A stretch of 63,433 nucleotides of DNA, filler included, from Stramenopiles sp. TOSAG23-3 (lineage: Eukaryota), in assembly GCA_900128585.1 (NCBI GenBank). It is 47 parts of 47 records of this genome, joined end to end, with 100 filler letters (N's around TTAATTAATTAA, not from the genome) between each part and the next. Parts side by side here need not be neighbours in the genome. Positions count along the whole stretch, not along the records: positions 23,095 to 24,349 come from LT646161.1; positions 24,450 to 25,703 come from LT646162.1; positions 25,804 to 27,057 come from LT646163.1; positions 27,158 to 28,411 come from LT646164.1; positions 28,512 to 29,764 come from LT646165.1; positions 29,865 to 31,117 come from LT646166.1; positions 31,218 to 32,469 come from LT646167.1; positions 32,570 to 33,821 come from LT646168.1; 39 more parts are not named here. One strand, given 5' to 3'. Positions 22,995 through 35,298 of this stretch are shown one piece after another (the first letter of the stretch is position 1; every line of letters begins with the position of its first letter). Under the pieces are notes generated by a model, which had not been told where the DNA came from, did no database searches, and was given only the letters and a program-made list of their open reading frames with translations. Made by a program: the position numbers and the translations under genes.

Positions 22995-23421
22995 NNNNNN
23001 NNNNNNNNNNNNNNNNNNNNNNNNNNNNNNNNNNNNNNTTAATTAATTAANNNNNNNNNNNNNNNNNNNNNNNNNNNNNNNNNNNNNNNNNNNNCATACG
23101 TGAAAAAGTTGTCCAGCGCATACAACGACAACGAAAGCCAGAATGCGCAGCCACAGTACCACAACGGCATGCCAATTTCCGTGAAGAAAAATGGCAAAGA
23201 CCATGCCCGGTTTTTGATGTCGCCGTTGAATGCGAATAAGAAAAGGGGGGGGTGTCCCGGACTTTGGGCGAAAGCCTGGCAGCGGGTTTGTAAGCGACAA
23301 TAGGCCAGCAACGACCATGAACCTTCGACGGTCCCTAGGTGGGGCAGTCGGCCAGAAAAGAAAGCCTCTCCTGTTTGTCGGCTTTCACCCCTGAAAGGCT
23401 ATTATTCTGTTTTATTTTATC

Positions 23422-23474
23422 AAAAACAAAAAATTGGCTGTTATCTAAGAGTAAAATTAAAATTTGTTTTCCTC
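23422..23474 (+). repeat. Dispersed ~45-55 bp intergenic motif (core ATGGCTGT/TTGGCTGT-TAT); related copies at 3154-3194(-), 24625-24664(-), 62462-62512(+)
   Basis: Manual alignment of four copies on four different contigs. Confidence 0.7.
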
Positions 23475-24701
23475 AAATGTACCGCGTGATTTTACTAAAT
23501 TAATTCAATAAATACCCTTTGTCACTTAGTCTCGACTATCATTCCCTGAGATGTACTCCATGTATGCTCGGAATCGGTGTTTGGATTTGCGACGATGTCA
23601 AATGACCCGTAGGCAACTTCCTCATCCGATGCCTCACTCATAGATGAAACAACCCCTGTGTGATTTTCCAACCACCGGCGTGAATGTTTTGGAGGTGCTC
23701 GTTTTCTGTCTTGTAAACCAGTCAAGGAATGGTCATTTGTGGGTTGAGGTGTCGGGAGGGGGTCGGTTGGGTCGGTGTTCGTAATCGGCGTTTGTAAGTT
23801 CTGTTGCGATGGTAAGGATTCGGTGTGCAATGCTGTGGTTGTGGTGCTTCGGCGGGGGTTTATATAATATAGAAACGACTACTACGAATAATAATAGTCG
23901 TAAAATATTTTATTACTATATAGGACTATGAGTATATACCGTGTATATATATATACTATTAAATATTGGAATTGTAGTTAAAATTACACTATTAATTCTA
24001 TTATTCGAATTAAATATATAATCGTCCTTTAATAGAGGACAAGGACGAGGACGTTCGTATTATTTATTATATTTAATAAATGATATGTTGTTGTTGTATA
24101 TGAAAATAATCTTACGGTAGTATATTATTAATAAAAATAATAATGCTGAAATTATTTTAATGCTATGTGCCTCTAAATTGACTGTCGTCAGCAACCCCTC
24201 GTCATCAAAAAAACGTACGCACTTTCATTTTTATTAGTTATTATAGATTCAAAGGAGTATTATATTTTTTCATGAAATAATCTGCTCCTAATTAAAAGTC
24301 CGTCTCCCGTTTTTACTTGAGAATAACGTAAAGTTTAAAAAGTATTCAANNNNNNNNNNNNNNNNNNNNNNNNNNNNNNNNNNNNNNNNNNNNTTAATTA
24401 ATTAANNNNNNNNNNNNNNNNNNNNNNNNNNNNNNNNNNNNNNNNNNNNGGCAATCTTTTTCGAAGCCGAAAAGGATGTTAGTTGCGAGTCCGTTATAAA
24501 GGGACAGGCATTGCTCACGAAGCCAAAGATGACTTGCGATACCGAAGATTAGAGGGTATGATGGTAGTATGCCAGAGGCGAAAAAGGGTAAATTAATTCG
24601 TAAGGTAATAAGGCCACAAGCAATACTTAAATTTACTTTTAGATAACAGCCATTATTTCGTTTCTAATTACCCATGATCTTGTTTTTACGCTCGTACCAG
24701 C

Positions 24702-25703
24702 TCATCCCATGGACTTCCCCGTCGTATCCTCAGGCAGAAAAAATGTCGCGAGTGCCGCGGCAGCGTACGCGGACGAAACGAAATAGAGCGGGCCGTTCAC
24801 GTTCTTGGTAATGAAATACCCCGTTATGGCAATGGCAAAAATCATACTGACGCGCGAGAACGCGCTCACGACCCCAGTCACCGTGCTTCTAATTCCAGTC
24901 CCGAACGATTCCGCGCAAAAAGCAGCCACAACGACCCACAGGATTGCCTGGGCCATCTGATGGCAGCCGCTCAAGAGCATGGCGCTAGCTTCGGTCTTTG
25001 CCAGGGACAGGGCAAAGCTGCACGCGGAAGCCGCCAAAGAGGCGAACAGAAGGAACCTTTTGCGCCCGAATTTGTCGACAAAGCAGGCGGCCAATGCAAT
25101 GGCAATGAAATCAACGATGGAATTAAACATCACAACCTTCAACGGGCTCAATTTCTCGCCCCCAGCCCCCGATTTTCGCTCAATGATTATTGGCAACCAC
25201 GTACCAAGCCCCCAACTCCCCGCCGAGAGAGAGCAGAAGAACAATGCAAACGCCAGGATGGGGCCGTACGTTTTTGGGCTCTTTCGGATCAACGAAAAGC
25301 CGTTGCTGTCGACCGTGGCGTCTGCTTTTCCACTGTCCGGTACCGCATCGACAACGTCGGAGCTGGGCGCCCCCACAGCCAACGGTTCGAAGCGATTTCC
25401 ATACAGTTGCTCTTTGATGACCGCTTTCACCTCTTTCCACATTCCCTTTTTTATATGAAACCGCGGGCTCTCGTCAAGGAGGAAAAACGCAGCAATTGGA
25501 AGGACAGCGGAGGGGACCGCGGCCATTCGCAGGACCGACCGCCAATTCGGAAGCGCAACGGTTGCAATCGCAACGGACAGGGTGCTCCCGAGCGGCCAAC
25601 CGCAGCAGTACATCACTACGTAGAGCCCCCGGTTGTGAACGGGCATAATTTCAGCCAAAAATGTCGGTGTTATCAACCAAACTCCCGCGACTGAAATGCC
25701 CAG
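24702..25703 (-). CDS. MFS transporter, SV2/SVOP-like, 5'-truncated
   Basis: FLAEIMPVHNRG, LDESPRF, VDKFGRK, AESFGTGIRST, LPEDTTGK sugar-porter-family motifs; many TM helices. Confidence 0.9.
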   Translation of the reverse strand: MGISVAGVWLITPTFLAEIMPVHNRGLYVVMYCCGWPLGSTLSVAIATVALPNWRSVLRMAAVPSAVLPIAAFFLLDESPRFHIKKGMWKEVKAVIKEQLYGNRFEPLAVGAPSSDVVDAVPDSGKADATVDSNGFSLIRKSPKTYGPILAFALFFCSLSAGSWGLGTWLPIIIERKSGAGGEKLSPLKVVMFNSIVDFIAIALAACFVDKFGRKRFLLFASLAASACSFALSLAKTEASAMLLSGCHQMAQAILWVVVAAFCAESFGTGIRSTVTGVVSAFSRVSMIFAIAITGYFITKNVNGPLYFVSSAYAAAALATFFLPEDTTGKSMG

Positions 25704-25805
25704 NNNNNNNNNNNNNNNNNNNNNNNNNNNNNNNNNNNNNNNNNNNNTTAATTAATTAANNNNNNNNNNNNNNNNNNNNNNNNNNNNNNNNNNNNNNNNN
25801 NNNTG

Positions 25806-27057
25806 GCAGGACCTTTGGGGTATACGGGAGGACTCGGGTGGTATTTTCCAAAATCTGGGGTTGAAAAATTAAACATATCTACATTTCGTAATTTAAGAGA
25901 TTCAGGTGTTGCTGAAAAATTTGGAAGACTGTTAACATGGGGAGAATATTGCTATAAAGTATGGAAAGGTGAAATACCAAATGACCCACCGGATGAACTC
26001 AATTCAAATGGGCGTCGCAGAAGATGCGCGCAGGCGGACATAGATTCCGCTAACACTTGTAATGTTGGAAGTTGGGTCGAAGGTGCCCCTAGAGATGACT
26101 CTTTCTGCGAGCTTTTTTACATGTATGGCAAACCGGCATCGATCGCTGGTGGCACAGAAATGACAGAAGAAAGTTGCAAGGGCGCTAAACCTGGCAGCCC
26201 AGTAGACAACATCCACTTGTTGTGCTCTAAGTATGTACTAACAGTGCAAGACATATTCAGCTTACTGTCCCCTTTGGCAGCAGAATTAAGCAGTTCTCGC
26301 TTTTCTGGCATTAATCCGTTATATTCTGGGTATTTTCATAATGTTCGTGATAATAACAACAGACCGATAGGGACGTTGGCCGTCGGGGGATGCAACTGGA
26401 AGAACCCAGGCCGACCAGCTGGCGCAACATGGACCCATGACTACTTTGAAATGGTAACTCAAGATGGCATGCAGCTTGAAATAGTAGATTACGGAGCATT
26501 TCTGTATGACGTACATGATATTGCTGCGAGAAAAGCTACCGATGAAAATATTTATCAACCGCAATTATTATTTCTTGGGAGGCCCAGCCCTCAAATGCAA
26601 AGGCATAAATTTTCATCTAATGTTCGAACACCGTTCACATATAATAAACGAGAACCTGAATTAGTGCGAGGAGGCAATGCATTTAAGTTGCAGGAGCTAA
26701 AATTAGCGGAGTGGAATAAAGGCTGTGAACAGCGGCGCCACGAATTATACGCAGGGCACTGCCCACATAACGATACTCTTCTGGTCCAGAATATCCTGTC
26801 CCGAAAACAGAAGAATTCCTACTCTTGCACAAATAGTAATATATCAGTTTGTTCTCCAGTTTATGATCACTGCGGGTATAAAAGACACAACCCTATGAAA
26901 ATAATATCCTCACGGCTGCATGAATTCATGCCCGAAGTACATTATTTTTTACGGCAAATGAAACTTAATATTAATGATCTAGAATATATGCTGGCGTCAG
27001 CAGGGTATGACACAACATTTACGGCAGCAGAGAACCAAAATTATGCCCAACGGCACG
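25806..27057 (+). CDS. Extracellular protein with OpuAC-like (glycine-betaine substrate-binding-like) motifs, partial
   Basis: LGYTGGLGWYFPK near the start and KIISSRLHEFMPEVHYFLRQMKLNINDLEYML near the end resemble the ends of OpuAC-type domains; Cys-rich insertions in between. Confidence 0.5.
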
Positions 27058-27157
27058 NNNNNNNNNNNNNNNNNNNNNNNNNNNNNNNNNNNNNNNNNNN
27101 NTTAATTAATTAANNNNNNNNNNNNNNNNNNNNNNNNNNNNNNNNNNNNNNNNNNNN

Positions 27158-28411
27158 TCGAAAAGATGCCAAGCGCGTACGCCCACCAAATTGTTTCGTC
27201 GAGGGGTCCGTTTCTTAGAGGCCAACCGAATTGCTAGCTCTCCGCACGTGTTTCGAGAGTGGGATGAAACTTTTTCGGACCAGCAAGAAAAAGAAGACTT
27301 TTGGGAAATATGGACCGATACGGAGAAACGAACGTTTAGCGTCGGTCCAATCAATGGCCCCGCAGGATCTCCCAGCAAAGTCCATGACTTTGTGTACGCT
27401 GGCGACAAGGTTACCAGCCAGTGCGGGGTCTCCGATAATTACTACATGTGCTTTGCGAATTGCAACGACTACTCGTCTGCATCCGTAAAATTTAAGTTTA
27501 CAAAAGTTCACGAGCGCGGAAAGTGTGGCCTCGGACCCTTCGCATCGACAATCTCCCATGGGGAACAGGTTCTCCTCTTCGGAGGAAAGCATAGGAATCT
27601 CAACATGTTTGAAGGAAAAGCGGGGAAAGGGTATACAGTCAAAGAGAAACGCGAGTTCGAGAGGGCGGTAAAGCAAGCGCTCGAGCAGGATGGCAAAACG
27701 CTTCCGATTGCAAATTGGAACGGTTACGAGGTCGTCGAAAAGGCCGGAGCAGGGAAAGACCCATCGTGCTGCTCAAACTACTGCGACGGTGAATTCTGCG
27801 CTAACAAGGAAGGGTTCGCACCTTCCAAGAGCACCGAAACGTGCCAAAAGTCCCGAGAAGATTTTCAACTCCTGTGGGAAGACGCAAAGGCAAAGATGTC
27901 GAAGTGCTACGAAGTTCAAACCAGTGGCAATGCCGACTTGGACAAGGTTACAGACAAAGCCATGTTTCACTTGCGCCAAAACAAACTCAGCAAGCTGAAA
28001 GGGTTGGCCCGCCTTAAAATGGCTGTAAAAGCGACGCAATTGAAGCGGCGAAACTCTTACAAAAGAGAATCTGTTGCAAGGGACGGGAGTATGGAGACGG
28101 AAGAGGTTTCGTGCAGCCCAGAAAGCATCAGGGAGTATAAAGAGGAAATCGCACAGTATGCAGAATTGATGACCAGCGTGAAAAAGATAGGGTGCGGAGC
28201 CCGCTGGAAAGCGGTCATGAAAAACCCTAAGGCAGGGTTTGACGTGGACACATTGCCAAAAGAAAAATGGTACAAGATTGCTTTGCTGGCCGAGCCAACA
28301 CCAGAGGACAAAGAGAATCGGGGGAGACTCGGCCGTTGCCAACATGGCAAAGAATTGTCGATTGGTATTGAGGACCGTTGCAAGGGCGACTGGAAAGAAA
28401 TACGCATCCCG
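27158..28411 (+). CDS. Hypothetical Cys-rich protein, partial
   Basis: >400-aa frame open across the contig with coding-like bias; no family recognised. Confidence 0.75.
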
Positions 28412-28511
28412 NNNNNNNNNNNNNNNNNNNNNNNNNNNNNNNNNNNNNNNNNNNNTTAATTAATTAANNNNNNNNNNNNNNNNNNNNNNNNNNNNNNNNN
28501 NNNNNNNNNNN

Positions 28512-29734
28512 TTCAACGGCACCCGGAACAAGTTCATGACCGTTGTCCTCTGCTTCTCTGGGATGTACGTGCCTCGCAACGTACCAAACGTGGGGAAAAA
28601 GCAACCGCACAACCCCTCGAACACCAAAAAAGTCAAGAACGTGAGGTATTGGTTTCCGATGAACAGGCAAGTAAATACAGTCGCCGCCATGGCGGCGCCG
28701 TGAATGTAAAGAGGAAACTCTTCCACTGGTTTTTTCTTCAAGGCGATAGAAAACAACGTCGAACCACCCATTATCATGGTCATGAACACTGCAAATATCA
28801 GGCCGAACGGAAGGGCTTTCGCGTCGCCTTCCAAGCCGAACGTCAAGGCCGGTGTCCACAAGAACACGAACGAGTACATGCAGCCTTCGAACAAACTCTG
28901 ACAAAGTCCCAAGTAGAAGACGCGCGGGTCGTTTTTCAGTACTTCGACCCCCTCCATCGTCGCTTTCAATATGACGTCTTTGTGTTTCTGCCAGTCGAAG
29001 CTGGCATCGGCGGTCCCGTTGTCCTCCACTTCGGTCGTCGAAAAGGCCTGTGAACTCTTGGAATCGTCGTACCACTGCGTGTGAACGATTCCAAGGCCAA
29101 TGGTCAACGGCAACACAGCGAACAGAAATGGGCCGACATACCCACCAAATCCAACCGTTGCATCGCTCATGAGCCCGGCTGCTATTGCAACGAGGCCGTT
29201 CCCAAAAGTGGCTACGGTAAACGTTTCGCTCAAAAGCGCCGAGCTAAAGCCTTTCCGGGAGTGCTCTTGGATCATCCAAGCTTCGAACACGCTAAAAAGC
29301 AGGGACGTCGCAAACCCACTTAGGATTCTGCCAAGCATAAGGATGAAATAATTGTTGATCGGTTTCGTCAAAGCGCTGGCAATGTAAATGACGAAGAAGG
29401 CTTTGCACATGCGCTGCCGCCCGTACTTGTCCGCGATGGCGCCAACGAACGGACCGCTGACCCCACTAGCCAAAAACCCAGACAGAAACAGCATTGCAAT
29501 GTCGCTCTTGTTGTAGCCGTACGATTCGTACAACGCGTACACGTAGGGGCCTTTGAGCCAGTCCGCAAACATGGCCAGCAAGTACACGCTCAAATATGAC
29601 CTCTGAAATCGAATAAAATCAACATTGCGGTCGGCGTTGTTGGCAGTATCGTCGGTCTTCCTGCTTTGTTTTTCTTTAACGGTGTAAAACCCGACGCCCC
29701 CTGCCACGGCGAAGAACACGAACCAGTAGAACAT
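28512..29734 (-). CDS. MFSD5: Molybdate-anion transporter (MOT2/MFSD5 family), 3'-truncated
   Basis: Family motifs FQRSYLSVYLLAMFADWLKGPYVYALY, SLLFSVFEAWM, QSLFEGCMYSFVFLWTP, MNLFRVPL. Confidence 0.95.
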
Positions 29735-31925
29735 TTTGAAACACGTAAAGAAACGGGGATGAACNNNNNNNNNNNNNNNNNNNNNNNNNNNNNNNNNNNN
29801 NNNNNNNNTTAATTAATTAANNNNNNNNNNNNNNNNNNNNNNNNNNNNNNNNNNNNNNNNNNNNACACATAAAAATTGAGTAAAACTGATCGTTTTTTTG
29901 TAAAAAAGTCAAAAATACCATTTGGATCATCGCTCCCCCTTAATAAACAAATAATTATTAAAAGAAACTCTGGCACGAAACTGATTTTAATTATTCAGCA
30001 GTTGTTTTTTCTTTCTTTCTTCGCTGTTACCTATTACTACTGTGATGGGGAAAGATTGTTAAACATATTAACTGATGTTAAATACTTACGTAGTAAAGTT
30101 GTTATTTTTATAGATAGAGTAGTATCGTATCTAATGAGAGGGCTTAAGGGAACGAGTCTTCCTTAAGAATAAATGCGCTGAAGGCTTGCTAATTTTATAT
30201 TGAATAATGAGAATGTTATTTGGTTATAATAAAAGTTTATTATTATGTTAGTATTTAATTTATCTTCTTCTTCTTCAACAGTTTCTTTTGTTTTGTGAAC
30301 ATCCTTCTTCGCACACACGTTCGGTCTGGACTATGAGTACTATATCCGACGTGCGGTACGTGCGTGGGTACGTATGGTACGCGTTCGCTTCTTACGAATG
30401 TGTCGCCTACTATTCTCATATATTTAAGAGATTAAGCTCCTGCGAATGGCTGTGTTCACTCACAGCTTTGGTAGAACTAATAGATCCGGTAGTTTTTCCC
30501 TTTGTTTAAGGGGCCGGTTTTTGCGCAATGGTTGGCTATCGTTCTTCGGCGGTGCGGTGTTTTTGCGTCAAAAACCAAACGCAGGAGTATCAATACTTCT
30601 GTGTTATTTTGGGAGGAGGACCTCCTCTTAATAGGAGTGGCGATGACACCTCCAGGAGGTGAAGGTCTTCCTGCCTGTGTGGGCTTATGCGTGGCGCTCT
30701 CAGCTTGGTTTTATTTTGGTAGCGGGTGCTACACAATGTACTCCGCTGAGCGGCGCAAGCCCATGGGGTTTTATTCGAGTTTGCTGTGGCGTCGTATTTT
30801 GGTCGACTTGGTTGCAATATTCTCCCCTAGCTTTGGTGAATCTTTTAAGGGATAAGTCGACCAAACGTCTGGTACTTCCTTCAATTGTTCATTTGATTCG
30901 AGGACCTTTTCTTGGCCTTTCTTCGGAAGGTCACGTAGGTTGTCCTCTGTATCAGAATAACTACTAAACTAGACCGTATTCTCGTAAACTTTCGCCTATT
31001 GAGCCCGTATCTGGTGCTAACGTAATGTAAACGTAAACAAATGATTATAAACAAAGGGATATATAATATAACTTAGGCTAACTGTGTGTTGTTTTTTCTG
31101 TGGGGATTGTGTTTCTTNNNNNNNNNNNNNNNNNNNNNNNNNNNNNNNNNNNNNNNNNNNNTTAATTAATTAANNNNNNNNNNNNNNNNNNNNNNNNNNN
31201 NNNNNNNNNNNNNNNNNTGAAGGGGATTGTGATGGAGATGTAAGGAGGTATTGGTATATTAGTAATATAATACAAGTACGATAATGGTACTGTAAATGAA
31301 CATTTGAATAGGAAATTGTTTTGTTATTCTTCTTCTTGAAAATTCGCGAGAAGAAAGAAAGAAAAAAGAAAGAAAGAAAAAAAGAAGAAGAAGAAAGAAT
31401 CATAATAATATGATATCATATCAATAATATTATTGATGATGATGATGATAATTTTTATTATTATTATTATCTCTACAATGCTGTACAGTGTTTTGTCTCT
31501 TCATTGATGTGATTTTTTCTTCTTTCTTTATTATTTTTTTTTCTTCTTATTACGACGACAACAATATGGAGAAAGCATTGTGGAATTCAATCGTTGAATT
31601 GATACGATGATGAAGAAGAATTTATCAATCATGCACAACACGCCACACACTGGAAAGGGCGTATGGAATGGTGAAAGTTTCTTGACAGTGTAGAGAAAAG
31701 AAAGATACGTAATAATAAATTGAAACAACACAAAGAAGAAGAAACGAACGAACGAATTTTTTGTGTTGAACATTTGTAAAAAACGCACACGATTGAAGAT
31801 AAAAAATAAAATAATCTTACGAACTCTTATTGTTTTTTAAGTAACTGTTGTCTGTGTGTGTTGCGTGTACTATACAAAATTGGAACTGAATCATCTCGAT
31901 CATCCATGCAATTGGTGGGGTCTGA

Positions 31926-32468
31926 TTACTGTTGGGCGCATTTCGAAGCCCCCGCGCCTTTGCCCATGCCTTGCTCTGCCTTTTCACGGAGCCGGCTGCC
32001 AATGCCAACATCCTTGCAGAGCTGCATGATCAGTGAGAGCGCCTTTTCATCGCCCAAGTGTATGGCCAAATCCCCGGCTTCTTCCCACACCTTCAACAAA
32101 ATGAAACACTCCATCTGCACCCGCTTGTTCGTCGACATTATCGCCAACTTCAAGGCAACGTCCTTCTTCCCTTCCTTGAGGCACTCTTCCACGAACGGCC
32201 GCATTCCATTGGTCTCTTTGACGAAAGAGGGGAGCTTTGCGAGCTTTTCCAACGCGTCCCACGCGTGCGTCCGAACCAGGCCCTTTATTAAACAAAGGTT
32301 GTAGGCCTTCCTCGGCACTTTGAACTGCCTGGCTATGTCCTCCGCGAGGCTTATTTGCTGGCGGCAGACCGCGTCGAAGATGGTTTGGTGCAGCGAGCGG
32401 CCGACGAGGCTGCTGGACAGCTGGTTTTGGCTTTTTTCCAGATCGCACCGGTCGGACGTCGTCAGCTG
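31926..32468 (-). CDS. Vps16 C-terminal-like protein (Vps16 or VIPAS39/Spe-39 paralogue), 5'-truncated
   Basis: My extended translation GRSLHQTIF...AEDIARQFKVPRKAY...IKGLV...WDALEKLAK...GMRPFVEEC matches the Vps16_C pattern. Confidence 0.75.
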   Translation of the reverse strand, partial: QLTTSDRCDLEKSQNQLSSSLVGRSLHQTIFDAVCRQQISLAEDIARQFKVPRKAYNLCLIKGLVRTHAWDALEKLAKLPSFVKETNGMRPFVEECLKEGKKDVALKLAIMSTNKRVQMECFILLKVWEEAGDLAIHLGDEKALSLIMQLCKDVGIGSRLREKAEQGMGKGAGASKCAQQ

Positions 32469-32569
32469 TNNNNNNNNNNNNNNNNNNNNNNNNNNNNNNN
32501 NNNNNNNNNNNNNTTAATTAATTAANNNNNNNNNNNNNNNNNNNNNNNNNNNNNNNNNNNNNNNNNNNN

Positions 32570-33437
32570 AATTTACGAGATTCAGCTTGGCATATTTCGT
32601 CGGGTTGACATTTATCGCCAGGCGTGCCCATGTACAAATGAAAAATGGAGTTGGGTTGACCGGCAAATCTTTTATCCCTTTTGGCGGGTCGATGAACCAT
32701 GTATCCAGGCGGAGCCTGTCTACGATTCGTTCCACAAGCAATGATACAGACTGTTGGAGCGACCGAATTTCCTCTGCGGTTACGTTGCTGGAGGATTCCT
32801 GGACGAGCGCACGAACGCTAGCGAGGCCAAATGCAGCTCCTAAATATTGGTCTCTAGATTCTTTCCCCAGCCACGTCAAATTAATATAAGGTGCGGCACC
32901 TACATGCGAAGACGAGCTCGATGGCCCGATGTACTTTTCGTAGTACGGATCGCTCGTCAATCCGGCGAATCGAGCCAGGTACCCTACTTTTGTGGTCAAC
33001 TCACCGCTCAATAAATCCACGGTGTCGATGTAGTCCTTTATCTTATGAAATGATTCCCGGTCCCCACCAGTAACGTTGTAGTAGTGGGCAATTGCGGTAG
33101 CGTAGTGGGACGTCCAAAACAACGAGTCCCCCACGTCGTCGTACGACACAACTTTTGACCGGTCAAACCTTGCATTGTACACGACGTCCACGGCCTGATT
33201 GTAAAAGTGGTGAAACTTTTCAAACACCAACAACTTTGAAAACGTTCTATTCCTCAGCGTCGCCAACGCGCCGGGACTAGACGCCGGGAGGGACGCGTTT
33301 TGCGGAGAGCCATGGGACACTGAAATCAACCACGCTTTCTGCTCTACGTTGAGAAGGGATTGCGATGCGCTTACTACCACCAACACAATGGACATTAAAA
33401 ACACCAAACTTGACTTTACTCGACGAGGCATCTTCAA
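32570..33437 (-). CDS. Secreted hypothetical protein, possible helical-barrel enzyme, 3'-truncated
   Basis: Signal peptide; motifs GDSLFWTSHY, GYLARF, WLGKESRDQYLGAAFGL. Confidence 0.75.
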
Positions 33438-33921
33438 CTACGGACTGCGGAAGACTGTGCTGGTAGATGGGGTCGAGTTGGCCGACTTCAAAATCGTAAA
33501 CCACCACACCGTTAAATGAACGCCCTGTTTCACGCTTACCACTAATGTTTCTTTCTCTTCCTTGGCGAACGTGAACATTAATACTAACTAACTTATGTTT
33601 TCGTACGAAGATGATTATATTTCTTTTAAACTATTATACCAGGAAGGTTTTATTCCGCCGCACATCAATCAATCACGATGTTCACAATAATATATACACG
33701 AAGAAGAAAGAAGAAGAAGAAGAAACACTACTAGTAGTAGACTATCTAACTTCTTCTTCTTCATCATCATAAAAATTAATAATTATAATATCGCGATCTT
33801 CTTCTTGCTTACTAGTACTCGNNNNNNNNNNNNNNNNNNNNNNNNNNNNNNNNNNNNNNNNNNNNTTAATTAATTAANNNNNNNNNNNNNNNNNNNNNNN
33901 NNNNNNNNNNNNNNNNNNNNN

Positions 33922-35169
33922 GATTGACCGGGCAACCTTTACCCTTGGCCTTGAAATGTAGTTGTCCTGGATCAGGCGGACGCTTTCGTACATCCCGTCG
34001 AACTGCAGGCAAAACGTGCGCCACTGCCTCGCGTCTTCAATATCGTCTATCTTCACCGCACGTTTGGGGGAAAGTAGGGGTGCGCGTATACCCTCGGAGT
34101 TCAAAATAGCCTTGAAACCGGGAAGCCCTGGCCGTTGTTCTATTTCTGCTGCCTCCATATCGTCCTCACCGATGGTGGAGGGGGCCACATCCGTGCTAAA
34201 TGCGTGGGTGCCGCCCTCGTCCACCAGCTTCGGGCCAGCGGCCCCGGAGGCATCCTGGCGGTTCTCTATCGTTGCGTAATATGCCCATAAGTCCATTTGC
34301 ACGAGCGAGGAAAATTCTTTGTCAGACCGTTCCACAGTCATTGCAACAGCGTCGTCACTGATGTGCAGGTCAGACTGCCGTTCCACGGCTCTTGCCCTAG
34401 CGAGCACGTCCTCCTTAGGGGCAACCACGTGCACAGCGACGAATTCGTACTGCGGGTACGTCTCCCGAAGGCGTACAAACCACTCTTTGCACCAGTCGCT
34501 AGACGCCAGAGACGAAGAGAAGGCCACGCTCTTTTTGCATGACATAGCCTCCTGGACGGCGATCTCTGCAATAAACCCGGCTTCCTTCGACGTCTTTTTG
34601 AACGCGAGCAACTTTTTCATTGGGTCTTGAAGAAGCAGTTTTGTTTCGGGGATCTGCAGCGTGATCTGCTGCGTGTCTATCCATACGAACGCCTCAAGAG
34701 GCAGCCGCCCATACCGGTTCAATGCTTTCATTGCATGCGCCTTTCCCGCCCCGAGCCCACCGACGAGCAGCAGAAATACAGGCTTCTCCGTCGGGATGCC
34801 CGAGCGGACGATGTTGCTCACCATTTGATCCTGCAGCTGCTGCCTCGATCGCATATAGACCCCGTGGTACCCAACGTCAACCGTCGAGCGGGCACGGACG
34901 AATGGCCCGTACCACAATTTTTGGTTTGACAGTGCAGTACCAGAGGTCCCAGCTTTTAGCGCGTCTTTTCGAGTAATGCTTGCATACGCATCGCACGTGT
35001 CCATTTCGTTGTTGTACATGATCTCGACGTCACAAGTGTCCGTCAGTCGAGTAAGGGTTGAGGCCAGCGGGTAACACAGGCCTGGTTTTACCAAAATTTC
35101 GACCGGTTTCTTCGTGACCTGCCGAATCAAACCGTAACGACCCAGCCTCGTGGTCGTGTACTCTGCCAC
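33922..35169 (-). CDS. Zeta-toxin-like P-loop domain protein, partial
   Basis: VDVGYHGVY..SRQQLQD, FLLLVGGLGAGKAH, FVWID, KEAGFIAEIAVQEA, VHVVAPKEDVLARA. Confidence 0.8.
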
Positions 35170-35298
35170 GTNNNNNNNNNNNNNNNNNNNNNNNNNNNNN
35201 NNNNNNNNNNNNNNNTTAATTAATTAANNNNNNNNNNNNNNNNNNNNNNNNNNNNNNNNNNNNNNNNNNNNTTTGCAGCTAGCAATAGTGGGTTCCGA

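Noticed and set aside
29865-31117. Several short overlapping ORFs in a G/T-skewed region
   Set aside because: No consistent frame, motif or RNA-gene signature; may be a decayed gene or a non-coding transcript, but I cannot support a call.
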